From Candidatus Bathyarchaeota archaeon (GTDB lineage Archaea; Thermoproteota; Bathyarchaeia; Bathyarchaeales; DTEX01), in assembly GCA_025059045.1 (NCBI GenBank), contig JANXEA010000013.1:33896-97895 (forward strand): a DNA stretch of 64,000 bases, read 5' to 3'. The notes under the pieces were generated by a model. The model was given only the letters and a program-made list of their open reading frames with translations, had not been told where the DNA came from and did no database searches. Made by a program: the position numbers and the translations under genes. Below, piece after piece: positions 47,660 to 57,050 of this stretch. Position 1 is the first letter of the stretch. The number at the start of each line of letters is the position of its first letter.

Positions 47660-48016
47660 TAACCGTCAACATGAAAATATAAGTGTTTCCAAATATTACG
47701 TGCAGGTTATCTGGTCTTGATAATCGAACAGAATGCGTCCCATCCTCTGAGAAATCCGGAAAAATTGCCTCGATTACACGAGGATTTCCTCACGTATGAA
47801 GGATGCTTTTGGATGATTTTCTAATTTGACGAAACCTTCGTCCTAACCATTTTTTTTCCTTGCACATTCGCTCATCCGGGTTGGCAACTAAGGCTTAATC
47901 AACAATCTTCCCCCCCCCAACGAGGATAATGTTTTTTAGTTTCCATAGGTATCTTCTCAAGATAAATAAGTGGGTCCGAAGATATCCTATACTGGTTTGA
48001 TGGAGAGGTGATGTGG

Positions 48017-48751
48017 ATGTCCGTATTCGCAGTTCCCGGAGCGTATGATCGTGCAATAACCGTATTCTCACCAGACGGCCGACTGTTTCAGGTGGAATAT
48101 GCGCTTGAGACGGTCTATCGCGGCCCAACAATAATCGGTATTGTATCCTCCGAGGGTGTAGTCATCGGAGCGGAGGAAAAGATTGAGTCAAAATTGCAGG
48201 ATCCTAATTTCAGTCAGAAAATATATGAGGTTGATGAGCATCTCGGAGCCGCTGTTGTTGGCATAAGTTCTGACGCGCGTATATTGATCGACGAGTCAAG
48301 AGTGTATTCTCAAAGCAACAGACTGCTTTATGACGAAGCCATCGATGTAGAGATAGTTACAAAGAGAATAGGGGATATAATGCAACTCTACACGCAACAT
48401 GCAGGGGTTAGACCTTTCGGAGTCTCCATAATCTTTGCAGGTGTAGATAAAGTTGGACCGAGACTTTTCACAACAGATCCAAGCGGTTCATACAGAGCAT
48501 ATAAGGCAGTTGCTATAGGGGTCGGAAGGGAAACATGCGAGAATATTCTTAAAGAGGAGTACCGAGATGACTTAACCCTTGAAGAAGCAATAAGATTGGC
48601 CGTAAAGTGCCTCGCGAAGTCTATCCAGTCGAGGGAAGAGCAGCCAAGGGTTAAGATTGCCGTTGTCCCCGCTAAAACAAGGAAGTTCAGACTCTTATCT
48701 GATGAGGAGGTTCAGAAGTACCTTAAAGAATTCTTAGGCAGTGGAACGTGA
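48017..48751 (+). CDS. psmA: Proteasome subunit alpha
   Basis: AYDRAITVFSPDGRLFQVEYA is diagnostic. GGAGAGGTGA lies 6 nt upstream of the ATG at 48017; the ORF track starts at GTG 48008. Confidence 0.92.
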   Translation: MSVFAVPGAYDRAITVFSPDGRLFQVEYALETVYRGPTIIGIVSSEGVVIGAEEKIESKLQDPNFSQKIYEVDEHLGAAVVGISSDARILIDESRVYSQSNRLLYDEAIDVEIVTKRIGDIMQLYTQHAGVRPFGVSIIFAGVDKVGPRLFTTDPSGSYRAYKAVAIGVGRETCENILKEEYRDDLTLEEAIRLAVKCLAKSIQSREEQPRVKIAVVPAKTRKFRLLSDEEVQKYLKEFLGSGT

Positions 48752-49440
48752 TGAGTAAGAATTACACGGTTGCCAGAATAAATATAGATGGAAAAACTTT
48801 TGAACTTTTGGTTAAGCCAGAACCAGCCCTATCTTATAGAGAGGGAAAGCCTGTCTCCCTATCCGATATACTTGTGACTGATACTGTATATAGTGACGCA
48901 AATAAGGGTCTACGCGTCTCAGATGAGGATCTTAAGCATGCTTTTGGAACATTAGATATTCAGAAAATTGCGCAGACAATACTCCGGAAAGGTACTCTCC
49001 TACTTACCTCCGAGCAGAGACGCCGAATGATCGAGGATGTTAAAAAACAAATAATCGCCTTCATTTCCAGAAATGCTGTTGATCCGAAGACAAAGCTTCC
49101 CCATCCACCCACAAGAATAGAGCAGGCCTTGGAGCAGATACATTTCTCTGTAGATCCATTTAAGAGCGTTGAAGAGCAAGCTAATGAGGCGATCAAGCTT
49201 CTCCGATCAATTCTACCTCTAAGCGTCGAAAAAATAACAATTTCCGTAAAGATACCCGCGCAATATGCAGGCAGAGCTTACGGCGCTGTTAAATCTTTCG
49301 GCACAGTCAAAAGCGAATCATGGTTGAGTGATGGGTCGTGGTCGGCGACGGTGGAGATGGCTGCAGGATTTTATGGACCATTTCTCGAGAAGATCGGAGA
49401 AATTTCTAAAGGAACCCTTGAGGTAAAAATTCTAAAGTAG
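48751..49440 (+). CDS. sdo1: Ribosome maturation protein SBDS/Sdo1
   Basis: ARINIDGKTFELLVKPEPAL.YREGK......L.....Y.DA.KG.....E.L..AFGT.D....A..IL.KG.L.LT..QR. The start overlaps the psmA stop (TGATG). Confidence 0.9.
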   Translation: MSKNYTVARINIDGKTFELLVKPEPALSYREGKPVSLSDILVTDTVYSDANKGLRVSDEDLKHAFGTLDIQKIAQTILRKGTLLLTSEQRRRMIEDVKKQIIAFISRNAVDPKTKLPHPPTRIEQALEQIHFSVDPFKSVEEQANEAIKLLRSILPLSVEKITISVKIPAQYAGRAYGAVKSFGTVKSESWLSDGSWSATVEMAAGFYGPFLEKIGEISKGTLEVKILK

Positions 49441-49454
49441 AAGGTGGTTTAGGT

Positions 49455-50153
49455 TTGTCAATTTTTTTCGGCGAAAGACAGATTGTAACCCCTGGGGATT
49501 TGTTGGCGGAAGGAGATTTTCTATCGGGCCATAACACCTACAAGTACGGATCCAAGATATATGCCAGCAGGCTTGGACTAGCTGAATGCAAAGGAAAAAG
49601 CATACAGGTTGTTGCGTTGAATAATTTTTATATTCCATCCGTCGGCGATCTTGTTATTGGAAAAATAGTTGACATAAACATGCATGGATGGACTTTAGAC
49701 ATAAACTCGCCCTATCTCGCAATACTGAAAGCTTCTGAAGCTCTTAAGAAACAGTTTCGGCCACAGAAAGATGAGTTATCCGAGTTTCTAGACGTGGGTG
49801 ATTTGGTTTTCGCTAAAATTATCGCCTTTGACAGGACGCGGAATCCGAGCCTAACTATACGTGAACCCGAACTGGGGAAAATTACACATGGCCAAATTGT
49901 AAAAGTATCACCTGCAAAGATTCCTAGGATTATTGGAAGGAAGGGTTCCATGATTACCATGCTGAAGAGGGAGACCGAATGCAACATAACAGTCGGACAG
50001 AATGGTTTAATCCATATATCTGGCAAAGATCCGGAAAATGAGAGGATCGCGATTTTAGCGATAAGGAAGATCGAGCAAGAGGCTCACACCTCGGGATTAA
50101 CGGACCGCGTAACTGAGATGATTAGAAAAGAAAGAGGTCAGAAAATAGAATGA
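49455..50153 (+). CDS. rrp4: Exosome complex RNA-binding subunit Rrp4
   Basis: S1 domain ([29 protein letters not shown]) plus KH domain ([33 protein letters not shown]). Confidence 0.9.
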   Translation: MSIFFGERQIVTPGDLLAEGDFLSGHNTYKYGSKIYASRLGLAECKGKSIQVVALNNFYIPSVGDLVIGKIVDINMHGWTLDINSPYLAILKASEALKKQFRPQKDELSEFLDVGDLVFAKIIAFDRTRNPSLTIREPELGKITHGQIVKVSPAKIPRIIGRKGSMITMLKRETECNITVGQNGLIHISGKDPENERIAILAIRKIEQEAHTSGLTDRVTEMIRKERGQKIE

Positions 50154-50896
50154 GCAACCGTGTAAAACTCGTTGATGAGAATGGAATAAGGATAGATGGA
50201 AGAAAACTGAATGAGTTAAGACCTTTAAAATTAGAAGTAGGCGTACTAAGTAACGCGGATGGCTCCGCCTATATAGAGCAGGGCAAGAACAAGATTCTCG
50301 CCGCTGTATACGGTCCAAGAGAGGTTCATCCCAGACACCTCGCCCTGCCAGACAGAGCAATACTAAGATGCAGATATCATATGGCCCCATTCTCTGTAGA
50401 AGAACGAAAGTCGCCAGCGCCATCCAGGAGGGAGGTTGAACTTTCTAAGGCAATCAGAGAGGCGCTTGAACCAGCCATCTTCCTAGAAAAATTCCCCGGA
50501 ACATCTATCGACCTATTCATAGAGGTGTTACAGGCGGATGGAGGGACAAGATGCGCTGGGATAACCGTAGCCTCGCTCGCTTTGGCGGATGCTGGCATAC
50601 CAATGAGGGATCTTGTTGTGGCATGCGCGGCTGGAAAAGCCGATGGACATCTGATCCTAGACTTGAACGACGCAGAAGACAAGGAGGGAGAAGCTGACGT
50701 GCCAATAGCCTATATGCCAAACTTCAATGCGATTGTACTCTTACAGATGGACGGCTTATTAACTATTGAAGAGTTTAAACAAGCAATTGAGCTAGCATTA
50801 AATGGATGTAGGGAGATATACCGCCTCCAAAAGGAGGCTCTAAAAGCCAAATACCTCGCCATAAAAGAGGAGGTCGCAGAGGAAGTAGAAGAATGA
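50150..50896 (+). CDS. rrp41: Exosome complex exonuclease Rrp41 (RNase PH fold)
   Basis: R.DGR...ELR......[21 protein letters not shown] and [34 protein letters not shown] overlap with rrp4. Confidence 0.92.
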   Translation: MSNRVKLVDENGIRIDGRKLNELRPLKLEVGVLSNADGSAYIEQGKNKILAAVYGPREVHPRHLALPDRAILRCRYHMAPFSVEERKSPAPSRREVELSKAIREALEPAIFLEKFPGTSIDLFIEVLQADGGTRCAGITVASLALADAGIPMRDLVVACAAGKADGHLILDLNDAEDKEGEADVPIAYMPNFNAIVLLQMDGLLTIEEFKQAIELALNGCREIYRLQKEALKAKYLAIKEEVAEEVEE

Positions 50897-51690
50897 ACTC
50901 GATAATGATCTCCAAATTGAGGCAAAAACAGATTGCACAGCAGATTTCAGCGGGTAAGAGGCTGGACGGCCGGGGGCTAACCGAATATCGGCCGATCACC
51001 ATTGAGACGGGAATAATTGAAAAGGCGGAAGGCTCGGCTAGGGTGCGATTAGGCAAGACGGAAGTTATGGTCGGGGTTAAGATTGGCCTGGGCGAACCAT
51101 TCCCGGATCGTCCTTATGAAGGTGTATTAACAGTTAATTCAGAATTTGTTCCATTGGCTTCCCCCGAATTTGAAGCGGGTCCGCCGAGTGAAGAATCCGT
51201 CGAACTTGCAAGGATTGTAGATCGAGGGATCAGAGAATCAAAGGCGATCGATCTAATGAAACTCTGCATTATTCAAGGCAAGAAAGTATTTGTGGTTTTT
51301 ATTGACATATACGTCCTAAATCACGATGGCAATCTCATCGACGCCTCAGCATTAGCTTCGCTAGCCGCATTAATAGATTCTAAGATCTACAAATACGAAG
51401 TAAGGGATGGAGATGTCGTGAAAAAACCGGGTTACGATCCGCTGCCAATCCAAAATTACCCAATAGCAGTAACTTTTGCCGACATAAGCGGCAAACTCGT
51501 AGTAGACCCCTGGCTGGATGAAGAGGAAGTTATGGATGCCAGAATAACTCTCAGCTTCGACAAAGACGGGAAAATATGTGCCGTACAGAAGGGGGGCTCT
51601 GGCATGCTTACTCCGCAACAGGTTATTGAAGCGGCTATAACGGGGAGAGAGAAAGCGGAATATCTAAGAAGAATGGTGGTGAAGGACTAG
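50893..51690 (+). CDS. rrp42: Exosome complex subunit Rrp42 (RNase PH fold)
   Basis: G.R.DGR.L.EYRPI.IETG.I.KAEGSA.V.LG.T.V..GVK. ATGA overlap with rrp41. Confidence 0.9.
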   Translation: MNSIMISKLRQKQIAQQISAGKRLDGRGLTEYRPITIETGIIEKAEGSARVRLGKTEVMVGVKIGLGEPFPDRPYEGVLTVNSEFVPLASPEFEAGPPSEESVELARIVDRGIRESKAIDLMKLCIIQGKKVFVVFIDIYVLNHDGNLIDASALASLAALIDSKIYKYEVRDGDVVKKPGYDPLPIQNYPIAVTFADISGKLVVDPWLDEEEVMDARITLSFDKDGKICAVQKGGSGMLTPQQVIEAAITGREKAEYLRRMVVKD

Positions 51691-51957
51691 ATGGGTAAGA
51701 AAAAAAGATTGAAGAAGATGGGGCCTGTAGGCGGCTTCGGCGTAAGATATGGTGCAACAACAAGGAAAAGGTATATCGAAGTCGTAACAAAGTCGAGAGA
51801 CCGCTATACCTGTCCGCAATGTAACACTGAGAACGTCAAAAGAGAAAGTGTTGGGATCTGGATATGCGAGAAATGTGGATCAAGGTTTACCGGAGGCGCC
51901 TACACACCATTTACAAAACTTGGTGTAACTGCAGATAGAGTCTCAAGAACGAAATAA
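51691..51957 (+). CDS. rpl37ae: 50S ribosomal protein eL43 (L37Ae)
   Basis: G..G.RYGA..RKR...V.......Y.CP.C......R...GIW.C.KCG..F.GGAY.P.T is the zinc-ribbon L37Ae pattern. Confidence 0.9.
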   Translation: MGKKKRLKKMGPVGGFGVRYGATTRKRYIEVVTKSRDRYTCPQCNTENVKRESVGIWICEKCGSRFTGGAYTPFTKLGVTADRVSRTK

Positions 51958-52012
51958 GAATGGAAATGTAAACAATACATGAGGGTTTAAACAGCGCAAC
52001 CTATCCTCAGAG

Positions 52013-52555
52013 ATGATTCTAATTACAACCTCGCGAAGACCTACTCGAAGAATAAGGTCACTCTGTAAAGACATGAGTCTTTTAATACCTAACACGGTGA
52101 GGGTTAACAGGGGGAAAATGAGCATTAGAGAGGTTGCTGAAAAAGCCCTTACCGTAGGCGAAGGCAAAGCGTTAATCATCGACCGAGGTCAGAACGGATG
52201 CGCTAAGATTAGATTTATTAGGGTAGAAAAAGAAGCCGCAACAATTCTAATTTTGCATATAAAGGGATTTAAGCTGATGAGGGAATTTAGAACAAAAATC
52301 TCAAAAGAACTGTACAGGGCTGCTTGCATAGAAGATAAAAAATTCCAAGATCAAGACGAGGAAAGACTTAAAAGGTTCTTGTCGGATTTTCTCGATTTGC
52401 CGCTCATGAGTCAAATTGCAATGAAAAAGGATCACACATATATTTCCTTATCATCTCAGTCGGAGCATCTCTTGAAACTTTCCTTTTATTCCTATCCGGG
52501 CAATATTGAGATAGGGCCACGTCTAACCATCTTAAGGGTTGAGTGGAAAACTTGA
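52013..52555 (+). CDS. Brix-domain ribosome biogenesis protein (Imp4-like)
   Basis: 180 aa. MILITTSRRPTRRIRSLCKDMSLLIPN..R.NRGK.S, in the conserved position after rpl37ae in the archaeal exosome superoperon. Confidence 0.8.
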   Translation: MILITTSRRPTRRIRSLCKDMSLLIPNTVRVNRGKMSIREVAEKALTVGEGKALIIDRGQNGCAKIRFIRVEKEAATILILHIKGFKLMREFRTKISKELYRAACIEDKKFQDQDEERLKRFLSDFLDLPLMSQIAMKKDHTYISLSSQSEHLLKLSFYSYPGNIEIGPRLTILRVEWKT

Positions 52556-52842
52556 CCAAGAAAGCTGAAGCGTTAATCCAGATTTATTTTCCCTCAAAAG
52601 AGGATGCAATAGTAGCTGAGAAGTCGTTGAGACCTGAAGAAAGAAGCTTGCCATCTGAACGTTCAAAGGTTCAGATTAGGCGGAGAGGTAGAAAAGTAAC
52701 ATTATATTTTGAATCGAAGGATGTGCCGGCGCTGAGAGCCTCTATAAACTCATTCCTATGTTGGATGTATCTTTTGAGAAATCTGCAGAATTTCATATAC
52801 TTAGGCATAGAGAATGATGAATGTGACAAAGCAGAGAAATAA
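52543..52842 (+). CDS. pcc1: KEOPS subunit Pcc1
   Basis: 99 aa. AEALIQIYFPSKEDA.......P.......S.V.I......V.L.FES.DV.ALRASINSFLCWMYLL. This is the superoperon position typical of the Pcc1 family. Confidence 0.7.
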   Translation: MENLTKKAEALIQIYFPSKEDAIVAEKSLRPEERSLPSERSKVQIRRRGRKVTLYFESKDVPALRASINSFLCWMYLLRNLQNFIYLGIENDECDKAEK

Positions 52843-52962
52843 ATTATCCTACAAAAGTCATGAAAACCTTATATGTGATCTCCATAAACACTAGGCATTA
52901 TTGTTTAGACAGTTAAAGGTTCTCGCCAAATTCTTTAGAAGACTGTTCATGCTTGGCTTAAG

Positions 52963-53292
52963 ATGGTGAAAATGAGCGCAAACATTAAAAAAATAGCGTT
53001 AGAAAGGATAGCTACCCTATTCCATCTCGCGAGAGAGGCGGCGAATGACAGACCGGAACTTGCGGACAGATATGTTGAAATTGCTAGAAAGATAGCGATG
53101 CGTTCACGTGTTAGAATTCCAAAAGAGTACAGAATCTTTTTTTGTAAACGCTGCAAACGTTTTTTGGTTCCAGGGGTTGGTTCACGAATACGAATACAAC
53201 CTCGGAGAGAACCACACGTAGTAATCACATGTAAGCATTGTGATGCAAAAAGAAGAGTGCCGCTAAGAAGATCCTATAATAGAAGGAGTTGA
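52963..53292 (+). CDS. rnp4: RNase P protein component 4 (Rpp21/Rpr2)
   Basis: IALERIATLFHLAREA......LADRYVEIARKIAMR.RV.IPKEY...FCKRC..FLVPG...R.R........VITC..C is Rpr2 with a zinc ribbon. Confidence 0.8.
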   Translation: MVKMSANIKKIALERIATLFHLAREAANDRPELADRYVEIARKIAMRSRVRIPKEYRIFFCKRCKRFLVPGVGSRIRIQPRREPHVVITCKHCDAKRRVPLRRSYNRRS

Positions 53293-53406
53293 CTAATCTA
53301 AAAGTTTGTTCATCAAGAATGATTCAGGGGCAATCTCTATGAGAAACTAAAAAGTATTTATAAGACTCTGCAGAATAAGACAAAAGATGCCGCAAAGACG
53401 GAAGGA

Positions 53407-53868
53407 ATGATATTGCCAACCCCCTATGACGTGCCCGCTCATATGCTAATCGAACGGCTCGCCGCCCACCTAAAGAATAATGTAGAGAGTATAAGGCCTC
53501 CTGAGTGGGCTCCATTCGTCAAGACTGGTGTATTCGCCGAAAGGCCTCCTGAAAACCCTGACTGGTGGTACATTAGGTGCGCATCTATCCTACGTAAGCT
53601 TTACATGAAGGGTCCAATTGGCGTTGATCATCTCCGCCAAGAGTATGGAGGCAGGAAAGATAGGGGAACTAAGCCTGAGCATACTCGTAAAGGAAGCGGG
53701 GCAATAGTGCGTAATGCTCTTAAACAACTGGAAAAAGCCGGGCTCGTAAGAACAGAGGAGAGAAAAGGACGGGTTATAACCCCTGAGGGGAGAAGGCTAC
53801 TCGATCTAATCTCAACAGATCTCAAGAAAGAGTTGGAGAAACGTATACCAGAGCTCAAAAAGTACTAG
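53407..53868 (+). CDS. rps19e: 30S ribosomal protein eS19 (S19e)
   Basis: YDVPAHMLIERLAAHLK......PEWA.FVKTGV..ERPP...DWWY.R.ASILRK.Y..GP.GV..L...YGG...RG..P.H...GSG.I.R.AL.QLE.AGLV. Confidence 0.9.
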   Translation: MILPTPYDVPAHMLIERLAAHLKNNVESIRPPEWAPFVKTGVFAERPPENPDWWYIRCASILRKLYMKGPIGVDHLRQEYGGRKDRGTKPEHTRKGSGAIVRNALKQLEKAGLVRTEERKGRVITPEGRRLLDLISTDLKKELEKRIPELKKY

Positions 53869-53883
53869 CGGGGGTAACTTTTT

Positions 53884-54216
53884 TTGGGCGAAGATGAGGA
53901 GCTTGAGTCACTGCGTAGGAAGAGGCTGATGGAGATACAGCAAAGGCTTGTTGAAGAGCAGCAGCAAGCAGAATCTGAGAGGCGGCTCGAGATGCAGAAG
54001 CAAGCATTACTCAGAAAAATACTTACCCCCGAGGCAAGGCAAAGGCTGACAAATCTAAAGATGATTAAACCGGAATTTGCCACGCAGGTTGAATTACAGT
54101 TGATTCAAATTGCACAACAGGGAAGAATCAATCTGCCTATTAATGATGAACAGTTGAAAGAGATCCTTTTCAGGTTGCAGAGTGATAAGAGGGAGATAAG
54201 AATTAGGAGAGCTTGA
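53884..54216 (+). CDS. PDCD5/TFAR19-like double-stranded DNA-binding protein
   Basis: 110 aa. [16 protein letters not shown]....QQQ.....[35 protein letters not shown]...I.DEQLKEIL. Confidence 0.75.
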   Translation: MGEDEELESLRRKRLMEIQQRLVEEQQQAESERRLEMQKQALLRKILTPEARQRLTNLKMIKPEFATQVELQLIQIAQQGRINLPINDEQLKEILFRLQSDKREIRIRRA

Positions 54217-54217
54217 T

Positions 54218-54373
54218 ATGGCTAGACATAAGCCTAAAGCGAAGAAGAAGAGGTTGATTAGAGCTAGTAGACTCAGCAGAGCTGTTCCAGCCTGGGTTAT
54301 GGTTAGGACTCATGGTAAGGTAAGGCTGAGTCCTAAGAGGAGACACTGGCGAAGAACAAAAATAAAGCCGTAA
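54218..54373 (+). CDS. rpl39e: 50S ribosomal protein eL39 (L39e)
   Basis: Own translation; the ORF is below the track's size cutoff. [51 protein letters not shown], 51 codons, ATG 54218 to TAA 54371-54373. Confidence 0.85.
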   Translation: MARHKPKAKKKRLIRASRLSRAVPAWVMVRTHGKVRLSPKRRHWRRTKIKP

Positions 54374-54389
54374 TGGTGCGTCACTAACC

Positions 54390-54788
54390 ATGAGCAAGGA
54401 TGAAACTGAAGAGAAGGGAAAAGTCGTCTCGGAACAAGAGTCCAAAAGTGAGGCTCAAGCTTCGATAAAAGAGGAAACCAGGGAAGAGGAAGAGGTAACA
54501 ACATCTGCAAAGGAGAAGAGAGACATCGTTGAGGAGCGAGTTTACACAGTTCCACTAAGAAGAGCTTGGTTAGCCCCTCGCAATGTGCGTAGTGAAAAAG
54601 CTACGAGAACACTTAGAGAGTTTATTATGAAGCACATGAAAACCGGAATTAACTCCATAAAGATAACTAATGAGGTTAACGAGAAGATATGGAGTAGAGG
54701 CATTCAGAAGCCCCCCCGAAAAATCAGGGTGAGAGTGGAGAAAGACTCTGAGGGTGTTGTAACAGTCTATCTTGCAGAGAGGAGCTAG
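54390..54788 (+). CDS. rpl31e: 50S ribosomal protein eL31 (L31e) with about 45-aa acidic N-terminal extension
   Basis: The core ERVYTVPLRRAWLAPRNVRSEKATRTLREFIMKHMK...IKI...VNEKIWSRGIQKPPRKIRVRV is L31e. It is preceded by MSKDETEEKGKVVSEQESKSEAQASIKEETREEEEV. Confidence 0.85.
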   Translation: MSKDETEEKGKVVSEQESKSEAQASIKEETREEEEVTTSAKEKRDIVEERVYTVPLRRAWLAPRNVRSEKATRTLREFIMKHMKTGINSIKITNEVNEKIWSRGIQKPPRKIRVRVEKDSEGVVTVYLAERS

Positions 54789-54792
54789 CCTG

Positions 54793-55515
54793 TTGCCGAT
54801 CTTCCTGCTGGACGTGTTCGGCAGCCCCAGCATCGGTGTCTTCATAAAAGTTACTGAACGTTTCATTATAGTTCCCAACCATTTGCCAGAAAGCAAGGTG
54901 AAAAAGCTCCAAAACTGGTTTGACATAGATGTCGTAAGAACCAATATTGGAGGCTCAATCGTAGTTGGATCACTTGCCTGTGCGAACTCTCATGGAATCG
55001 TTCTACCACATTACATTTGGGATGAAGAGTTGGAGAGACTGAAGACACTAAAGGACGTGAACATTACAGTTGCAGACACCAAAAGAACAGCATTTGGAAA
55101 CATGGTTCTAGCTAATGATTATGGAGCGATTGTAGACCCAAGACTCACAAATAGAGAGAAAAGGATAATCTCTGACTCTCTAGGCGTTGAAGTCGTTTCT
55201 GGAGAGGTTGCTGGGTTACCATATGTTGGAGCATTGACAACGGCAACAAACAAAGGTGTCTTAACCCATCCATTAGTCAAGCCTGAAGAAGAGAAGCTCT
55301 TGGAAAGCATCTTGAAGGTTTCTGTGGGTAAAGGAACGGTGAACTGCGGAATACCTTATATAGCGACTGGACTTATAGGAAACAGTAAAGTTGCGGTTGC
55401 AGGTTCCCTGACAACAGGGCCCGAGATATTCATGATCGGTCGGGCTTTGAGGATGGATGAGCAATATGACCGAAGTGAAAACCTACTTGATCTCCGGCAG
55501 AATAAGGAAACCTAA
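54793..55515 (+). CDS. eif6: Translation initiation factor 6 (aIF6)
   Basis: Five-fold pseudo-repeat pattern (GSPSIGVF, TNIGGS.VVGSLA.ANS.G...P, T.AFGN..LAND.GA.V.P, VGAL..A.NKG.L.HP, PYI..GLIGNS..AV.G). The TTG at 54793 follows the rpl31e stop; the ORF-track TTG is at 54772. Confidence 0.9.
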   Translation: MPIFLLDVFGSPSIGVFIKVTERFIIVPNHLPESKVKKLQNWFDIDVVRTNIGGSIVVGSLACANSHGIVLPHYIWDEELERLKTLKDVNITVADTKRTAFGNMVLANDYGAIVDPRLTNREKRIISDSLGVEVVSGEVAGLPYVGALTTATNKGVLTHPLVKPEEEKLLESILKVSVGKGTVNCGIPYIATGLIGNSKVAVAGSLTTGPEIFMIGRALRMDEQYDRSENLLDLRQNKET

Positions 55516-55672
55516 CCTCAAAACGACATTCAAAAAGAGGATAAGGGCCTTAAAACCTGAAGACGCGATAGAGGAGATTTTCAAAACTCTTGGAAGCAAG
55601 CATAGGGTCAAACGCTATCATATAAAAATCGAAAGGATAGAGGAGGCCAAAGATGACCAAGCCGACAGTTGA
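55457..55672 (+). CDS. rplX: 50S ribosomal protein eL20 / LX (L18Ae)
   Basis: 71 aa. VKTYLISGRIRK.....F.K.IRALKPEDAIEEIF..LGSKHRVKR..I.I..IEE. Conserved position between eif6 and pfdA. Confidence 0.8.
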   Translation: MSNMTEVKTYLISGRIRKPNLKTTFKKRIRALKPEDAIEEIFKTLGSKHRVKRYHIKIERIEEAKDDQADS

Positions 55673-56132
55673 TGGTGAAACGAATTCGGCAAGTCAATCT
55701 GCGGAGACACCCGAGGAAGAGGCCAGAAGGCTAATCGTAGAGCTAAGGTTGCTTGAAGGAACAGCTGAAGCCCTACAATCGAGAATAAACTTCCTAAACG
55801 CCGCCTTCAATGAATTAACCCTTGCAAGTAAAACTCTGGAAGGAATCGAAAAAGAAAACGTTAATGCCTCGATCTTCGTACCCATAGGAGGCGGCTCATA
55901 CATAAAGGCAAGTCTCAGCGAAACAGATAGGGTGGTATATGGTATAGGCGCAGGAGTGGCAATTGAGAAGTCGATTAGCGAAGCCAAAGATGGGATAGCG
56001 AATCGTCTATCCCAGATAGAAAGGACAAGACAGGCCTTAGAACAACAACTGACACAAGTCTTTCACCGCATCCAAGAAGACCAGAATAGAATCCAAGAAC
56101 TGTCTAGAGCCTTGAGAACCCGTGAGAGATAA
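55653..56132 (+). CDS. pfdA: Prefoldin alpha subunit
   Basis: 159 aa. Coiled coil, then a beta hairpin (IFVPIGGGSYIKA...D.V.YGIGAGVAIE), then coiled coil. Confidence 0.8.
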   Translation: MTKPTVDGETNSASQSAETPEEEARRLIVELRLLEGTAEALQSRINFLNAAFNELTLASKTLEGIEKENVNASIFVPIGGGSYIKASLSETDRVVYGIGAGVAIEKSISEAKDGIANRLSQIERTRQALEQQLTQVFHRIQEDQNRIQELSRALRTRER

Positions 56133-56138
56133 TTAGGA

Positions 56139-57050
56139 ATGTTTGAGAAGATTCGGCAAGGCGTATCAAACTTTATAGATAGGGTCGCCAAAAGCGAGCT
56201 GAAAAGCGAAGATTTGCAGGCAGCACTCCAGGATTTCAAGTTAACCCTCATTGAGAATGATGTTGCGGTTATCGTGGCGGACCATATATGCGAAGAAATT
56301 GAAAGAAGGCTGGTTGGCCGGAGAATAAATAGGTTCGAAGACAGGAGAGAACTGGTCAGAGAAACGCTGTTTTCCATCCTAATGGAAACATTGCAACCCA
56401 CAGAGACTGTAGACCTCTTCGAATTGATTAATGGTAAGAGGGCAATGCGTGAACCGTTCACAATGGTCTTTATAGGGATTAATGGAACGGGAAAAACTAC
56501 AACGATAGCAAAAATGGCTTACCACTTAACTAAGAATGGTTATTCCGTGGTGTTAGCATGTAGTGACACATTTAGAGCTGGGGCTATCGAGCAGATTGAG
56601 ACGCATGCTAAGCGTCTAGGTCTCCCAGTGATTAAGCATAAATACGGCTCAGATGCTGCCGCCGTGGCTTTTGACGCGGTTCAATATGCGAAGTCAAGGG
56701 GGATAAACGTTGTGCTAATAGACACGGCAGGTCGAATGCAGACAAATAAGAACCTACTTATGGAGATGCAGAAGATCGTGCGTGTAATCAATCCGGACAT
56801 GGTCATTTTTGTTGGAGACGCCCTCGCCGGCAATGACGCTGTTATGCAAGCAGAGGAGTTTAATCGATTCGTTAGGATTGACGGATCAATTATGGCGAAA
56901 TTGGATGCAGATGCTAAGGGGGGAGCGGCGATTTCAATAGCCTACGTCACAAGGAAGCCGATTCTATTCGTAGGCACCGGACAGAAATATGAGGACCTAA
57001 AACCTTTTGATCCGGAGATGATAGCTAAACAAATAATTTATTCGCGGTGA
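56139..57050 (+). CDS. ftsY: Signal recognition particle receptor FtsY
   Basis: NG domain with GINGTGKTTTIAK, DTFRAGA, DTAGR and AKLD.DAKGG. Confidence 0.92.
   Translation: MFEKIRQGVSNFIDRVAKSELKSEDLQAALQDFKLTLIENDVAVIVADHICEEIERRLVGRRINRFEDRRELVRETLFSILMETLQPTETVDLFELINGKRAMREPFTMVFIGINGTGKTTTIAKMAYHLTKNGYSVVLACSDTFRAGAIEQIETHAKRLGLPVIKHKYGSDAAAVAFDAVQYAKSRGINVVLIDTAGRMQTNKNLLMEMQKIVRVINPDMVIFVGDALAGNDAVMQAEEFNRFVRIDGSIMAKLDADAKGGAAISIAYVTRKPILFVGTGQKYEDLKPFDPEMIAKQIIYSR

Noticed and set aside
53387-53410. A 7-codon upstream ORF (MPQRRKE) whose TGA overlaps the rps19e ATG (AATGA).
   Set aside because: It is too short to evaluate. It could simply be a chance ATG in the 5' leader downstream of the TATTTATAA box. 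No conservation information is available.
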